A stretch of DNA of 64,000 nt from NCBI RefSeq assembly GCF_009914755.1, contig NC_060928.1; one strand, written 5' to 3'. Shown here piece after piece: positions 28,945-45,250 of this stretch (positions are counted from its first letter, which is position 1; every line of letters begins with the position of its first letter). The translations under genes were made by a program, and so were the position numbers. This DNA is from the human T2T-CHM13v2.0 reference genome, Homo sapiens. The notes beneath the pieces were generated by a model. That model did no database searches. It saw only the letters and a list, made by a program, of their open reading frames with translations, and was not told the origin of the DNA.

Positions 28945-29409
28945 ATTCACCATTTAACAATTCTAAGATATAAATGAATAATTTTGCAAAACAAAAATAC
29001 ATCTTTATGGGATACTGTTGTAGGACACGTAAATAAGTTGTTATGCTTCCCGGAAAACCTATTAGTGCTATGGTGAGATATGGGGAATCATAGGAAGTAC
29101 AAGTCACTGCATAGTTATCATTTATTGCATAGTCTGTTCTGATCATATTAGTCTGGATTAATAAGAATAAAAGTTATTCTGGAATCGTATCAAGGTCGAC
29201 CTTGGTTACATAAAACACAGCTGTGGAAATATTAATTATCCTATAATACTGGATTGTGTTATAAAATCAAGCCAGTCAGAAAATCAAGATATTGGAAACA
29301 TACTTCATTCAAATCTCTGCCTCTTTCTTGTAAGAGAGTCTAGTTTTTAAAGCAGTGCTTATAGAAGGCATATTTGGCAAGCACCCTGCATAATGACAAA
29401 TATGCTTAC

Positions 29410-29552
29410 CTCTTCAGGAGGACGTGACAGCCAGCAGGGGCTTTGGATAGCCTGCAATTTGTGAGCAGGTAATTTTTTTTCACAAACCTTATAACCCATG
29501 AAGTAAACCATGCACAGATAATCCGCCTGTTCTCCAGGCTTCTTTTGATTAA
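29410..29552 (-). other. Candidate 143-nt internal exon (probably non-coding)
   Basis: Acceptor CTCATAAATCTTTGCTCTTTTATGCAG and donor GAG|GTAAGC on the minus strand, in apparently non-repetitive DNA. Confidence 0.3.
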
Positions 29553-30029
29553 CTGCATAAAAGAGCAAAGATTTATGAGGGGATTTTGTTTCTGCATTGA
29601 CCTCTTGTGGTGCTCCTTTCAGAGTATGAAAAATGGCATCATCTGATTCCAGAAGGGGCATACAGGACAGTGTTCTCATCAAAACCATTATAGGGGTGCA
29701 TTTGCAGATTCTTGCTAATTACTCTTCCAGGGAGCTTACACTCAGCAGAAATAGACCCATCTTGACTTCACCTGTGCCTGTCATTAACACCTTCTGTAGA
29801 AAGAAAATTCCAACAAGTCTCTGTTAATTCCAATTTATACCAAGAGTTTTCAAGAAGCTAGTGATGAACCTAGCTGGGTTCAGCATTGTATCTTCACCTG
29901 CAATGATTCTTCAGCCTAAAATAACTTACAGGAAATCAAGAGGAGAAAGCGTCAAGATTCTGGATTGGTAGAGTTCATCCCTTGTACTCATTCTTCTTAT
30001 TGCTAATGTGCCTAAAAATTATCACAATA

Positions 30030-30270
30030 ATAATAGCTGCTATTTTTAAGATTTGCTTTTAATTCTGCATATGGCATTTACATTTATCATCTTAAATGCT
30101 CAAAACATTTGTCTGAATTAGGACCTATAATACTCTCACTAAAGAGATGAAGACACTGATGTACAGAGAAGCTAAATAATTTGTTCAGTGTCACACAAAT
30201 GAAAGAGTTGATGTAGGATTCAAACTCAGACAGTTTAACTCCAAAATTTGCTTGCTTAGCTCCTAAAATA
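30030..30270 (-). mobile_element. MIR SINE
   Basis: agatgaagacactgatgtacagagaagctaaataatttgttcagtgtcacaca...ggattcaaactcagacag. Confidence 0.75.
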
Positions 30271-30490
30271 TACTAAATAGCCTATATGCAATGGATACTT
30301 GGTATATTTAAGTAGCTCTGTCTCTTTCAAATTAATTTTCTTTTTCAGAAATAAATATCAGAATTGACACATCTCCCAGCTTAGTTCTAAATAAATAGTT
30401 ACATGTTCATTAGGTTTGAAAGGATGACTTTGTCTTCTGATTTACATGCTGAATGTTTTCTTCTTCGCTATCCCTGGGGCCCTACTTCTC

Positions 30491-32437
<1,947 letters not shown>

Positions 32438-33065
32438 TTATTACTATTTTGCCATCCTTGTAATCCAGCCAGGATCCAATTGAGTCTCTTGACTATGTTC
32501 ATCTTAAGAAGATTTTAACTCCTCAAGATGACGAACTTTCCACAAAGACTTTTCAGTCTTCAAATGGACCCCTTTCCTGTTCGGGCCATTGGGTAGGAAT
32601 TGTGCTCCACTCTTACTAGCTGTGGGGTACTGTACCATCTTTTGCAGTTTTCCTTGTGCTTTAAAATTTGTATGTTATCTCTACAAAATCCTCCTTGTCA
32701 CAATTTGTCATAATTTCTATATGCTGTTTCTTTGGTGACCTGAATTGATACAGTTTGAAAATTTGTATGGCTTAATATAGAATATTAAGCTTAAGCATGC
32801 TTGTCCATAGCCTTCAAATATTTTCAGCATCTCTCTAAAAATCCATCTCTACTGGATGCCTTTGACTTACTAAATGTCAGGGTCCACATTGATCTAACAA
32901 CTAAATTGGTGATTTGGGGAAAAACAAAACTAAACAACAAATGAAAACAAAACAAAAAAATTACAATGGCCTATAATTGTGGAGCTTGTCTTCTACATAG
33001 GAAAAAAAAAGTGCATCCCTTTTGTCAAAATTCTCTAGTGATCATTAGTGTTTAAAATAGGCTTG

Positions 33066-33338
33066 CCAGGGTGAGGCAGGAGAATTTCTTGAGTCCAGGA
33101 GTCCAAGACCAGCCTGAGTAACATGGCAAGACCTTGTCTCCTTAAATAATAAAAAAATTTTAAAAATCTGGGCATGATGGCACATGCCTGTGGTCCCAAG
33201 CTGCACAGGAGTCTGAGGTGAAAGAATTGCTTGAGCCCAGATGGCTGAGGCTGCAGTGAGCCGTGATCACTCACTGTACTCCAACCTGGGCAATACAGTG
33301 AGAATTTGTCTCAATAAAATAAATAAGTAAATAAATAA
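33066..33338 (+). mobile_element. 5'-truncated AluJ SINE
   Basis: Starts mid left arm; (TAAA)n tail; TSD TAAAATAGGCTTG (33053-33065 / 33339-33351). Confidence 0.9.
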
Positions 33339-35679
33339 TAAAATAGGCTTGAATATTTTTCAACCATATTTAGTGTCTTAAAATTTTTTGGTTTTGAATA
33401 AAACAAGCAGATACAGATTATTCCTTGCCTGGAAAGCAAGAACTCCCCCAAAACAGTGAAATATTGATCAACTGTGCATTACAATTATCATCATCATCAT
33501 ATTGAAGGAATATTTACTGAGGCCTCAGTGAGTGTGCATAATAGTTTCCATGTTATAATACATAAAGATACATATTCCTACCAAATGAAGCTGTTTGTAG
33601 TATGCCCTGCTCCAATCTCAGCCATATTCCCACTTTGGCATTTCTGGATTCTCTGTCAATTCTATTTCTATTTAGATAATTCTGGCAAATTACTGTTGTT
33701 ATCTTCACTGTTCTGGCATTAATGCTGCCCACTTCATTTTGAACTCTTTAATATTAGTGTTATAGATACCTTACATGAGCCAAGACCTGAATCTAACTAG
33801 GTTAATTAATTGGAAGATCCATCTATTTGGGCCAACATTAGATTTTTTAAATTTGTGCTTACTACTTCAACTTGTTCAATGGCCATGATGAAATTTTCAA
33901 TCAATGCTAAGAACCTTGCAAATGCGGGTCTAGTCTTGTATTCAAAGAGGAGAAGGGCAAGTGGGTAGAAGGACTCTAGCCCATTGCACAAGAGTAGGGA
34001 TAACCCTGAATACATAAATTCTATTGATTGGGTTGAATTATATCACCTTTGTACTCAGAAGGCAAGTTAATAGGAACTGCAATTTAAGATTTCTTACCTC
34101 AAAATTGAATCACCACTCAAATTGCTTAAAAACTGTCTCACACATATATATCTATATATCTATTTATGTAGAACATTATTGAATTTCAGATATCCTGGTG
34201 TATAGATATAAGACACCAAGATTTTTAAGGTTGCTGAATAGAAGTGAAGATAAGGGTTAGTTGTTTTCAGACACTAATCACAGAATAATCTGCTACTTTT
34301 ATAACATGAACAAGTTTGACCCTTAAACTACGATTGTTTTCTTTCAGTAGTGATAGAATTGGAGACTTGGCTCCATCCCCAAGAGAACACAATTTTATAT
34401 TTTCCCTTTAGCTCAGACAAAAGTAATTTTCTTCATGCCAATATGTTTTTTTAGTTGGAACATTTTATGACCAGCTTACATTACCTCACCTTTGTACTAT
34501 TCCCCCTTGAGAATAAAAAAAAAAAAAAAATACTTTAACTCAAAGTAGTTTTTTTTTTATTTTTTCTCTTCTTTTTTCCTCTATTAGTAAATCTATTTGA
34601 GAGAAAATAAGAATTGCTTAGACAACTTTAATGATTGCTATCATTTCAGAATAGTTTGTTGACCATTGATTAAATTGTAATGCTACATGTGAACACAGTT
34701 GTGATCAGATTTCAAATCACTGAGTTCTGATTTTGCTTTGGTAGACTGTAAGTGACTTAAGACACTTATTTATTGAAAATAAAGCCCAAGACTGTCAAGA
34801 TATTTTCTTTGCATATTTGTACACAGCAAACAATAAAAACAAAATACATTGTTTTCTGTACATTATTAAAGTGATAGTACCTGCTCAGAGCAATATGACA
34901 TACCTTTGGTGACATATGATGTGTTCAACAAGATCAACTAGTTTCTTATGGTTTGGGAGAATGTAAAGTGCCAAATCATAATGTGGTAGCACCAGTCAAA
35001 TAACAGTGATGAATGGGTAAGTTGTATTTATACTGGATCTTTTCTGTTTTCCTAATGTACTCTCATTTATTCTAAATTTATTTCTGTGTAAAACTTTTCT
35101 CAAAAACTTCATCTATTAGCCACTAAATCTAAGGACAAATGAAAAGTTATCTCATACAAAAAGAAAAAGAAAAAGTTTGGAAATATCACCACCAGTGAAG
35201 CTCCAGGAACACATAAGAAATATATTACAGTGTTCTCTAATTAACATGTGAGAAAAGAATTAATGCATAATATGAAATAAATGTATTTTAACACATATGA
35301 AAATTACAATTATATACTGTATATAGCTGTGCTTTAATTTAACTTTACCACTTAAAATTTCTGTCTAAATAATGATAATATTTAGGACGAAAGAAAGAAA
35401 AATGGTGGTTGCTTTTAATGGTAAGCTCTTAAATTAACTAGAGTAAAATAAATAAACAAATGTTATAATTTGACCAACACGAAGAGGAAAAGAATAATTG
35501 ACAAAGGGGTATAACGTATGATTGCTAAAGTCCATCCTCTAAATTCTATCTTCTCATACCATGAAGAGCAGGGAAGACTCTCTTATCATAGTGTAAGGGA
35601 ATATTTTGTCTTATTGAGAGATTACAAATTGGTTACTATAATGGGTTTGATATGAGAAAGGAAGAAAGTCACTGGAGTA

Positions 35680-36005
35680 GGGATAAGAAAGCTGGCTCTT
35701 CTATTACATGGTTGTATAATCTTCAGAAATCATTTCACCTCTTTGTCTTACTTTCTTCATCCAGTAGTATACAGTAATGATTAAGATTGCTTGCTTAGAA
35801 ACCAATTTGCTAAGGTAAAAATTACAGTCCATCATTCATGTGTGATGTTGGGCATGTTTCCTAATGTCTCTGGAACTTTTTCCTCACTTTCACAATCAGA
35901 TCATTAAAGTACCAGCTCATAGGATTTTTGTGAAGATTAAGTGAGAAAATACATTTAAATCATTTAGATTGCTGTCTAGTCAGTTGTAAATTCTTAATGA
36001 AAGTT
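35680..36005 (+). mobile_element. MIR SINE fragments
   Basis: tgtgtgatgttgggcatgtttcctaatgtctctg...ctcataggatttttgtgaagattaagtgag. Confidence 0.65.
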
Positions 36006-36601
36006 GCCTTTAACATTCTATGATACTGTCACAAATTAATTAAACTTTAAAATTTTATTTTGATTAACATTGTATTTGATTAACATACAGTATTTATTTA
36101 AGATTTGAATATTAAATGAGAACGGTGGCTTCTTATATTTGGCTAGCTTGTTTATATGAAATTCTGCATTGATAAATGTTTTGCCAAAGTGTAAGGAAGA
36201 GAATAAACCATTTAAGGGATAATACATCTGGCTCAACTCAGATAAAAGCAACTGGACATGTGGGGCCATCAACACTCCTTCTCCCTTCTGACTGACCTGG
36301 CATCCACTTTGCAAGATTCCATCAGCAGCAGAAATGTGATAAGTTGAAACAAGGAGCTTCTTGCGGTGCCCAAAGAAAAGGGAAAGATTATTTTCTTTAG
36401 AGATTCGCTCTGAATTCCCTAAAAATGTTTCATATAAAAGCTGTTTTGAAAATGAAAATGGTCTTTGGAAAAACTGGGGCCTGTGCAGAAAAATCTGGGC
36501 CTGTGAAGTAAGTGGTATTATGTAAGCCGCAGTTGGGGTGGTATGTTGTCCTTACTACAGGAAATTCTGTAGAGCTCCAGAAACATAGCAGGGACTTAAA
36601 A

Positions 36602-36637
36602 AGACAGAGAGAGACAAAGACAGAGAGAGAGAGAGAG
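36602..36637. repeat. GA-rich simple repeat
   Basis: AGACAGAGAGAGACAAAGACAGAGAGAGAGAGAG. Confidence 0.85.
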
Positions 36638-37640
36638 AATTAATTGTGATAAAATACACATAGTCTAAAATTTACTAACTTAGTTTTTTTTTTTTTTTTG
36701 AGACAGGGTCTCTGCTGCCCAGGCCAGAGTACAGTGGCCTTGAATGCCTAGCCTCAAGTGACCCTCCCACCTCAGCCTCCCAAGTAGCTGGGACTACAGG
36801 CATGTGTCACCATGCCCAGCTAATTTTTAAATTTTTTGCTGAGACAGGGGTCTTGGCTCATTTCCTAGTATTGAACTCTTGGTCTTAAGTGGTCCTCCTG
36901 CCTCTACCTTGCAAAGCAGTGGGACTAAGGGTGTGAGACCCCTCATCCAGGTTAACTATTTTTCAGTGTACAGTTCAGTAGTGTTACATATATTCACATT
37001 GTTTTGCAACAAATATCCAGAGCTCTTTTCATCATACAAAACTGATACACTATGCCAATTAAAGAACAACTCCTTATTTACCTTTTCCCACAGCAGCTGG
37101 TTACTCTTTCTGTTCTCTATCTTTATTAATTTGACTATACTAGGTACCTTGGATACATGAAATTATAAAATATTTGTCTTTTGGTGACATTTCATTTTGG
37201 CATACTTTTTTAAGTTTCGCCCATGTTGCAGCATATGTCAGAATTTGCTTCCTTTTTAAGTTTGAATAATATTCCATTGTATGTATATACCATATTTTGT
37301 TTATCCTTCCATTCATCAATAGACTGGACTGTTTTCACCTTTTGGTTCTTGTGAATAATGCTTCTATGAAATGAGTGTACAAATGTCTCTTCAAGATCTT
37401 GACTTCAATTCTTTTGGATGTAATTTTACCCAGAAGTAAATTTGATGGATTACATGGTAATTCTATATTTAATTTTTGGAGGAACCCACATACTGCTTTC
37501 AAAAGCAGCTGCACTGTTTCACATTCCCACCAACAGGGCACAAGAGTTTCATTTTCTCCACATCCTCACTAACATTCATTTTATGTTTGTCTGTTTATTT
37601 TGTTTATTTTTTTAAGTAGCCATTCCAATAGGTATGAACA
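36638..37640 (-). mobile_element. L1MB-like LINE 3' end
   Basis: aattgtgataaaatacacata...cagtgtacagttcagtagtgtt...cattcccaccaacag; ORF2 remnant CWWECETVQLLLK. Confidence 0.85.
36683..36950 (-). mobile_element. AluJ SINE (internally deleted) inserted in L1MB
   Basis: Poly-T then GAGACAGGGTCTC...CCTCCCACCTCAGCCTCCCAAGTAGCTGGGACTACAGG. Confidence 0.9.
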
Positions 37641-39769
37641 TAGCAGGAACTTTAAATTTTTCTTTTTTTTTCTCTATATTGTAAACTCCTCAAGCCAAGT
37701 CTCATAAATGTCTTGTTTATTGCTATAACCCCTATACTTCGTACAGTTCCAGAACTCAGTAGAGCTTCCATAAAGGTGCATTAAATATAAGAATAAATGG
37801 AGCACCTTTTATTATGAGTTTTGGCACCTTGAGGGTTTGCAACTCTGTGACATACCAGGCAGTAGCATTTCAGGCAAGGTGATTTTCCAGCAAGCTCAGG
37901 AAGCAGATCAGAGGTGATGCACCTCTCTGGAGAGATTTATGAGCAGCAAATATCAACCAAATGGCTGCTAGGAAGGAATAGAGATAGCAGGAATTTCTGT
38001 AAGGATACAGGGATTACTTGAATGCTTTTGAGAGCCTCTCTGGGGCTCACTCAAATTATGAAGGGAGATACTCCACTTATGAGAGGTAAAAAGAAAGGAT
38101 AGTACTGACTCTGACTTCTTACAACTAGGATAAGCCAACGCATTTTAGATAATACAGTTTAAATGACTATAATCTAGTTTAAGTTCTAAATAGTTATACT
38201 TTCACCCCCTTAATTGGTTAAACTTTCTCTATTTGTGATTTAGTATTTCTGAGTAAGTAGCTCATTATATCTTCACATTATAAGTAAATTGGTGGTAATA
38301 CTATTTCAGGCATTACTAACAATATTTGATGGTAAAGAAGAATTAATAATGGACACCACCTATTAGCTTTAGTTCATGGCCTTGAAATGAGCTTTGTTTG
38401 ACAAAGACTTCCACTAGATAATGCTTCTTTACATAAATAGGGTTTACTCAAAATATAGATGCACACAGATGCTAATTAACAATTGACAGGACATAAAAGA
38501 ACGAACACAAGTTGCATGATTATCTCCTGTGCTCTGGCTTACTGTATCCTTTTATGAAGCAGCCCAAACTTGGAGCTAAGTAAACTAAAACCGTGAAATT
38601 TGTTAATTGGCAATAGAAGTAGTGACAAAAATAATAGAAGATCCAGAGAAAGCCGAAGTTATGCATGAGTAGAGACTAAGTTTGCAGAGAAAACAGCAGT
38701 AAGGAGAGACAATAAAGCAGATGAGTGACAACTGATAGACAAAACAGAGAGGTTTCCCATGGTTCCAGAGAGGGGAGGAGAGTAGGTTGTGTGTATGGTT
38801 GTCTCGTTTTGTAATAAATTTTCTGTTCAACTTCAGCCTACAGGTATTATTAAAATCATCTCACTTTTTCTTAAAGCAATTCGAGTCTATTTCATCCTTT
38901 GAAATGAATCTAAGAAGAGAACGGTGTCTTCTTGGGAAACCTGATCCCAAACCTACTCTTATCTGCTGATAGCAGTTTCATTGTCCACTAAACTTTAATT
39001 TGTAAATTGATTAAATGCAATGGAAATTCAAGTGAAAATGTTTTGCATATCTTGTTATTACTTTCTATCTTATAAGTCATCTGCTTTTATTATGGAAAAT
39101 TAATCCTGGAATTACATACAAGTGCCATTTGTTGAGGGCTTTTATGCAGTAGGCATAGAACAAAGCATTTAAAGATTTAGACTTCAAAATAACTCTATAA
39201 AATAAGTCATAATATCTTATTTCAAGTATTAAAAAATTAAGGCCTTGAATATTTAAAGATTGTTTCAGGAGTTACATTCAGGTCTATAAATAATTCAAAA
39301 ACAAAAGCTCTGAAACATTATGGTAGAATAAGAGAAGACCCTTCCAGCTTCTGCATAGAAGAGGCTAGCTAAATCATGCCAAAGAAACATTTATGTTTAG
39401 TTTTCAAACATTCATAGCATGTACAACTACTAGTAATTGGCATGGCAGTTAAAACTGTTTGAGAAGATTTTTAAAGGTAGAAATAGGTTTTCATATGTTT
39501 GGAAGGTGAGATCCTGTGAAGAGTGCCTGTAGAGCTGATGACAGACAAACAGGCTTGTTTGCCTCTATTAAAAACCAACTCTCTTCAGGGTTTTCCAATG
39601 AATAAAACAAATTCTGACTTAGGCTGCTTTCCCTGAATTTGATTACAGTTCCACAAAGACAATGTATCTTTGCAAATACAGACCAGTACATTTTTACTAA
39701 ATGTATATATTTTTCTATTATAATTGTTGCACTTGAAATATAATGACAAGATTCCTGTCTTCTGCCCTT

Positions 39770-40080
39770 GTTCTTTTAGCTGATCTCCCTGTTTTGTAAG
39801 AGTCTTCACTGGAACCATTTGCAAAGTGCAACCAGGACGATCCTTTAAAACATTAACAGAAATATATCCACACATCTACTTAAAACTCTTCAATGGCTAT
39901 ACGTTTTACTCAAACTACTGTGTCAAAATTCCCAGCATGTCCTAAAGGATTCAATGTGAGCTTGTCCTGCTTTCCTTTCTGTTCTCTTGTTTTTAAGCCT
40001 CTGAATCCCAGGCTTTTTCTCTATGTCTGGAACACTAGTTTGAATTTTCTTTATTCCCTGTGGGTTTTTTTTCCCCCGTT
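39770..40080 (+). mobile_element. L2 LINE fragment
   Basis: acttaaaactcttcaatggct...caaaattcccagcatgtcctaaagg. Confidence 0.55.
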
Positions 40081-41276
40081 TTTCTATTGTTAGAGAAAAT
40101 GTATCTGAACCGGACATTCAATATTTGTTCCAAGTAGTGTCTATCCTCTCCACTTCTACATATTTTCAAAGAGTATTTGTGTTTATTCCAAACAACTTGA
40201 CCTTCTCAATACAAGTAGTTATGGACCAAGATGGTCCCCTAATAAATAACAGCCATTTCCTGAGACTTTGGAAGCGGGGCCAAAAACGTTACGCCTTAGC
40301 CTTAATTTTCCAGGATAAAAAAAGAGATTAAACCTAGAAACTGTTATTGGAATTCATTTTCTCCTAGGTGAACTAGATGTGAGGAAATCTCATCTGTGCT
40401 AAGATACATGTAAGTAGCAATACACAAACAGAAGCTGTCTGTGGCCACGCCACTAATCCCCCACAGAAACGTCCTAGTTTTCCTTCAGTGCTTCTTGCAG
40501 TCAATGGTTCTGACATCTGCCTGAGTCCCAGCTGCACCCCTGCTTTTATGTTTCACAAGGAACCATGGTATCCTAATCAGAAATATAATGGATGCCCTAT
40601 TAAGCCACTTGCACTTTACCGATTCACAGAATTAAACAACATTCTCCATTTCCTCTGAAAATCATATTGTATTGACTTCTCATTTCAGTCATGGCTGAGT
40701 ATTCATGGCTAGTAAGATCCTGTCTAGTATCCCCCACTCACTCCTGGTCCTGCATTTCAGTTCAGTGCTTAACTAGAGTCAGCCTTGTTTGTTCCCCAAT
40801 ATGCAAGCTGATTGTTATTAAGTTGAATTACTCAGTTCAATTACCTATTTTGAAAACCAATAGAATTTGAGAGCATAATTATAAACAATTGTCATTGCCA
40901 TAAAAACTGAATTGAATATTTTGAAAAGAAAGAAAGAAAAAAATGTTTTTAAAGTACTGGGGAATTAGATGTGGGCAAGTTAATTCTAAAAGGTTGAGGA
41001 ACAAATAATATTCCATCCATATTTGACTTTACATCAATATTTGGCAAACAAATATACACTTTTATATTTAAGTTGAAATATAATATGTAAGTTTTAAATG
41101 TGTTTTTTGCCACAATTTAAAGTGGATTTTAGTTAGTCTACTATTTTCCTGAGCCCTCTTGCATTGTATAATAGCACTTTTACTAACCTCTTATTACTTG
41201 AAGTTGAACTAAAGTGAGTTTATTATTAGTCCCCCTTTCCTCACCGAAAAATCCAAAAACAAACCAAAAAACACAC

Positions 41277-41588
41277 TTTTCTTTTTTCCCCCAAGACAGG
41301 GCCTTGCCTTGTTGCCCAGGCTAGAGTTCAGGAGTGGCCTGATCACTACTCTGCAGCCCTGACTTCCTGGGTCAAGCAATCCTCCTACCTCAGTCTCCCA
41401 AGTAGCAGGAACCACAGATGCATGCCACCACATCTGGTTAATTATTTTATTTTATTTTTTTGTAGAGACAGGATATCACATATCACTATGTTGCCCAGGG
41501 TGGTCTCAAATTCTTGGGCTCAAGCAATCCACTGGCCTCAGCCTCCCAAAGTGTTGGAATTATAGGCATGGACCATCATGCTTGATTG
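41277..41588 (-). mobile_element. AluJ SINE
   Basis: Reverse Alu with J-type GGGTCAAGCAATCCTCCTACCTCAG. Confidence 0.92.
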
Positions 41589-42314
41589 AAAAACAAAAAA
41601 CAAAAACCAAACTACTTAATTTTACAATTTCTCATGGATTGTTTGATATTTCTGAGTAGAGAGGCCAAGGTGAGGCAGAAAACATATTGGGAGGAGGTGT
41701 GTTCAGAGGAGGGCATAGGACTCAATAGTAAGATGTTCAAGTTTGCTAGGTGAGATTTGTTTTCTTACAAGAAGTGAATTCACTATTTAAGTAAGGAATA
41801 TAAACCAGTGTTACAATGTCTCTGTTTATTTGCTTCTGCATTTATATTTCACCTTTTACTTAAAGGATTTGAAGCAGCTTATAGTAAAAACAATTCACTA
41901 GGACTGAACTATTAACAGAGATTGTTGTTACGTAACATTTATTGCACTCCAATTCCACGTTGTATTTGAAAATGTCCTTGTTTTTTAAAAAGATTATAAA
42001 CAGCTTGAAAGAAAAGTCAGCTCTATAAAACTGCATATGTATTTTCCTTTTTTCCTTCTCTGCCAATCTACCCTCTTCACACTTTAGTAATCTAAAAGAA
42101 CAGAAACTTTATATGATCTATGTTACAAACCTTCTTAAATCCATGAAGAACTTACCTATAATAATTATTTAACACATGGTCTGATTTTATTTTGTTTAGA
42201 TGTGTACACATATATGTGGTTATGGAAGGGAAGGTGATTGCTTTTAAAGATGATTTTGTAATAGAGATTTTATTTTTTTATGTGTGGCTAGAAGACCTAT
42301 AAAAATAAAATTCA

Positions 42315-42618
42315 GGCTAGGCGCAGTGGCTCTCGCCTGTAATCCCAGCACTTTGGGAGGCCAAGGCGAGTGAATCATTTGAGGTCAGGGGTTCGAGACC
42401 AGCCTAGCCAACATGGTGAAACTCTGTCTCTATTAAAAAATACAAAATTAGCCGGGCGTGGTGGCGGGTGCCTGAAATCTCAGCTACCGGGAGGCTGAGG
42501 CAGGAGAATCACTAGACCCTGGGAGGCAGAGGTTGCAGTGCGCCGAGATCGCCACTGCACTCCAGGCTGGACAACTGAGCAAGACTCCATCTCAAAGAAA
42601 ATACATAAATAAAATAAA
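42315..42618 (+). mobile_element. AluS SINE
   Basis: Full dimer; TSD AAAATAAAATTCA / AAAAGAAAATTCA. Confidence 0.95.
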
Positions 42619-44545
42619 AAAAGAAAATTCAGGACTTGCCTACTTATCTATTTTCTAATTTCAATGTGAAAACTTCATCACTATTTTTTTGCCACACTAC
42701 ACCAAAAACTATGCCAGTTTAATAGCTATAAATCTTTTTGTTCAGTTTTCTGCAATCGTTTCAAGGCTATAAAAATTCAACCACATTACTTATGGGTCTA
42801 ATTTACTGACTCTGTAAATCTGCCCAAACGCTTGATTGACAATAGTGAATTCACTAATTTCTGGCAGACATTTTATAAGAAAGGGTAAGCTCAGGCCTCC
42901 TATTGTTGAATGAGGTCACTGTGATAACCCTATACATACTTCAATCTGAGCTCCGATAGTGGCAATCTTGGCATGCTCCTTTACAACATCTCTGTTGTAA
43001 AAGAGAGAAAAATATCAGAATTTTACATTTATTTTGGCTCTTGAGTCTATGTCTGTCGAATCCTCAAAAATATCCAGTGTTTAGACCTGATTGATCAAAA
43101 TAAAGAAAACTGTTTTTTAAAATATTTGATATGATTGTTGTGAGATTTTTAAAAAACGAATGCAAACACACAGGAGCAAATATCTATTTTGCATAATAAA
43201 ATGTCTTTAAAAAAAAATTTGTAGAGGTTCATTATAGTTCTGATCTGCTCATTCCATTACGGAAATTATTAAAGATTGCTTCAGGATGTGGCCAAAGTAA
43301 TGAAGTGCTCAGAGTAATAAATGTCATTCTTACAAGTAATGACTACTGAGTAGCCATTTTAAATATTAAACCATTTAAACTTATCTTTTTGCATACTTAT
43401 GATTTAGGGAAAGGTACTTTCTACTTATTAAGTGTGAGTCCTCTTCTGCTTTTATATAAATGCATGTTTACCTGTATGTTTATTTGTATAGGGCATTGAC
43501 ACTATAACCCAGTGATTCAGGTTGATTCTAATTCTATCAATGTGCATTTGAATTTGGAACGAATAAATATTACTAAGATGTAACCAACTTCATACTTCCA
43601 ATAGCCTTCTTTAATATATTCTATTTAATTATCTTCAGGTCTCAGCAAAAAGGTCATACTCAAATAGAAGAAGTGTAGATTTCTTGGGGCAGGGACCCAT
43701 AAATATTTTGCCAGCTTTTGTATGCCCCCAGTTTCAAGGAGGGTGTCTGGGGTATATTTTGGGCTTAAAGGAGCAAGCTCCAGAGTAAGTATGCCTGAGT
43801 GGGAATCTAGTATTGCTACTTGCTTGCTGTGGGATGTTTGGCAGGTTATTAACTGGTTCATGCTTTAATTTCTAAAAAGAAAAGAGAATAGATATGTTTT
43901 CTACTGCTGTACATGTATGTAGGCTGTATCTACTCCTCTTTTTAGAATTAGTTCAGTTCCAGCAAGATGCTACATGCTTCGCTAATTAGCTAAGAAACTC
44001 AATCTTTTCATTTCCTCCCTCCAATCCATAGCCCACTGGGAAATTTTCAATTTGAAATTGATCTCAAATCCTTTTCACAAATAGTTAAATACATGATCTT
44101 CTTATGTAGTGTGGGTTTTGCGTCACCTTTATTTTAAAGTTTTTAATGTCCTCATAGTAGTATAAAAGTAGTTGGATCTTTTGAGTCAAATAGTGTGTAT
44201 ATGTGTGTTTGTAGATGTGCAGTGCATATGTGTACGTGTGTATTTGTGTGGTATATGCGAGATGAAAGAGAGTGACTGTAGTTGGTATGATGTGACAATG
44301 TTTTCCTTTTTCTAAGATCAAGATGGGCATCTATCTACTCAGAGAAAATATCTCAATATCTTACATTTACTTGACTTTCTCAATGCAAACTCACATAATT
44401 CACATCATTCCTCAAAAAGATCTTTAAAAATCGCACCTTAATAGAAACAGCAGTATATATTGTTTTCTGAATTAAAATATAAGCACTTTTTTGTTCTTTC
44501 TTTAAATTTTATAACATTCTCTGTTTTTCTGTAATTGAAATATTC

Positions 44546-45250
44546 CTACGCCAGTTAGAATGGTGATCATTAAAAAGTCAGGAAACAACAGATGCTGGAG
44601 AGGATGTGGAGAAATAGGAATGCTTTTACATTGTTGGTGGGAGTGTAAATTAGTTCAACCATTGTGGAAGACAGTGTGGCGATTCCTCAAGGATCTAGAA
44701 CTAGAAATACCATTTGACCCAGTGATCTCATCACTGGGTATATACCCAAAAAATTATAAATCCTTGTACTATAAAGACACATGCACATGTGTGTTTATTG
44801 CGGCACTATTTACAATAGCAAAGACTTGGAACCAAACCAAACCAAATGTCCCTCAATAATAGATTGGATTAAGAAAATGTGACACATATACACCATGGAA
44901 TACTATGCAGTCATAAAAAAGGATGAGTTCATGTCTTTGCAGGGACATGGATGAAGCTGGAAACCATCATTCTTAGCAAACTATCACAAGGACAGAAAAC
45001 CAAACACCGCGTGTTCTCACTCATAGGTGGGAATTGAACAATGAGAACACATGGACACAGGGCAGGGAACATCACACACCAGCGCCTGTCTGGGGGTGGA
45101 GGGCTGGGAGAGGGATAGCATTAGGAGAAATACCTAATGTAAATGACAAGTTGATGGGTGCAGTAAACCAACTTGGCACATGTATACCTATGTAACAAAC
45201 CTGTATGTTGTACACATGTACCCCAGAACTTAAAAGTATAATTAAAAAAA
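44546..45250 (+). mobile_element. 5'-truncated L1PA (L1PA6/7-like)
   Basis: ORF2 C-terminus [25 protein letters not shown], then frameshifted; 3' UTR and A-tail; TSD GAAATATT (44537-44544 / 45251-45258). Confidence 0.93.
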
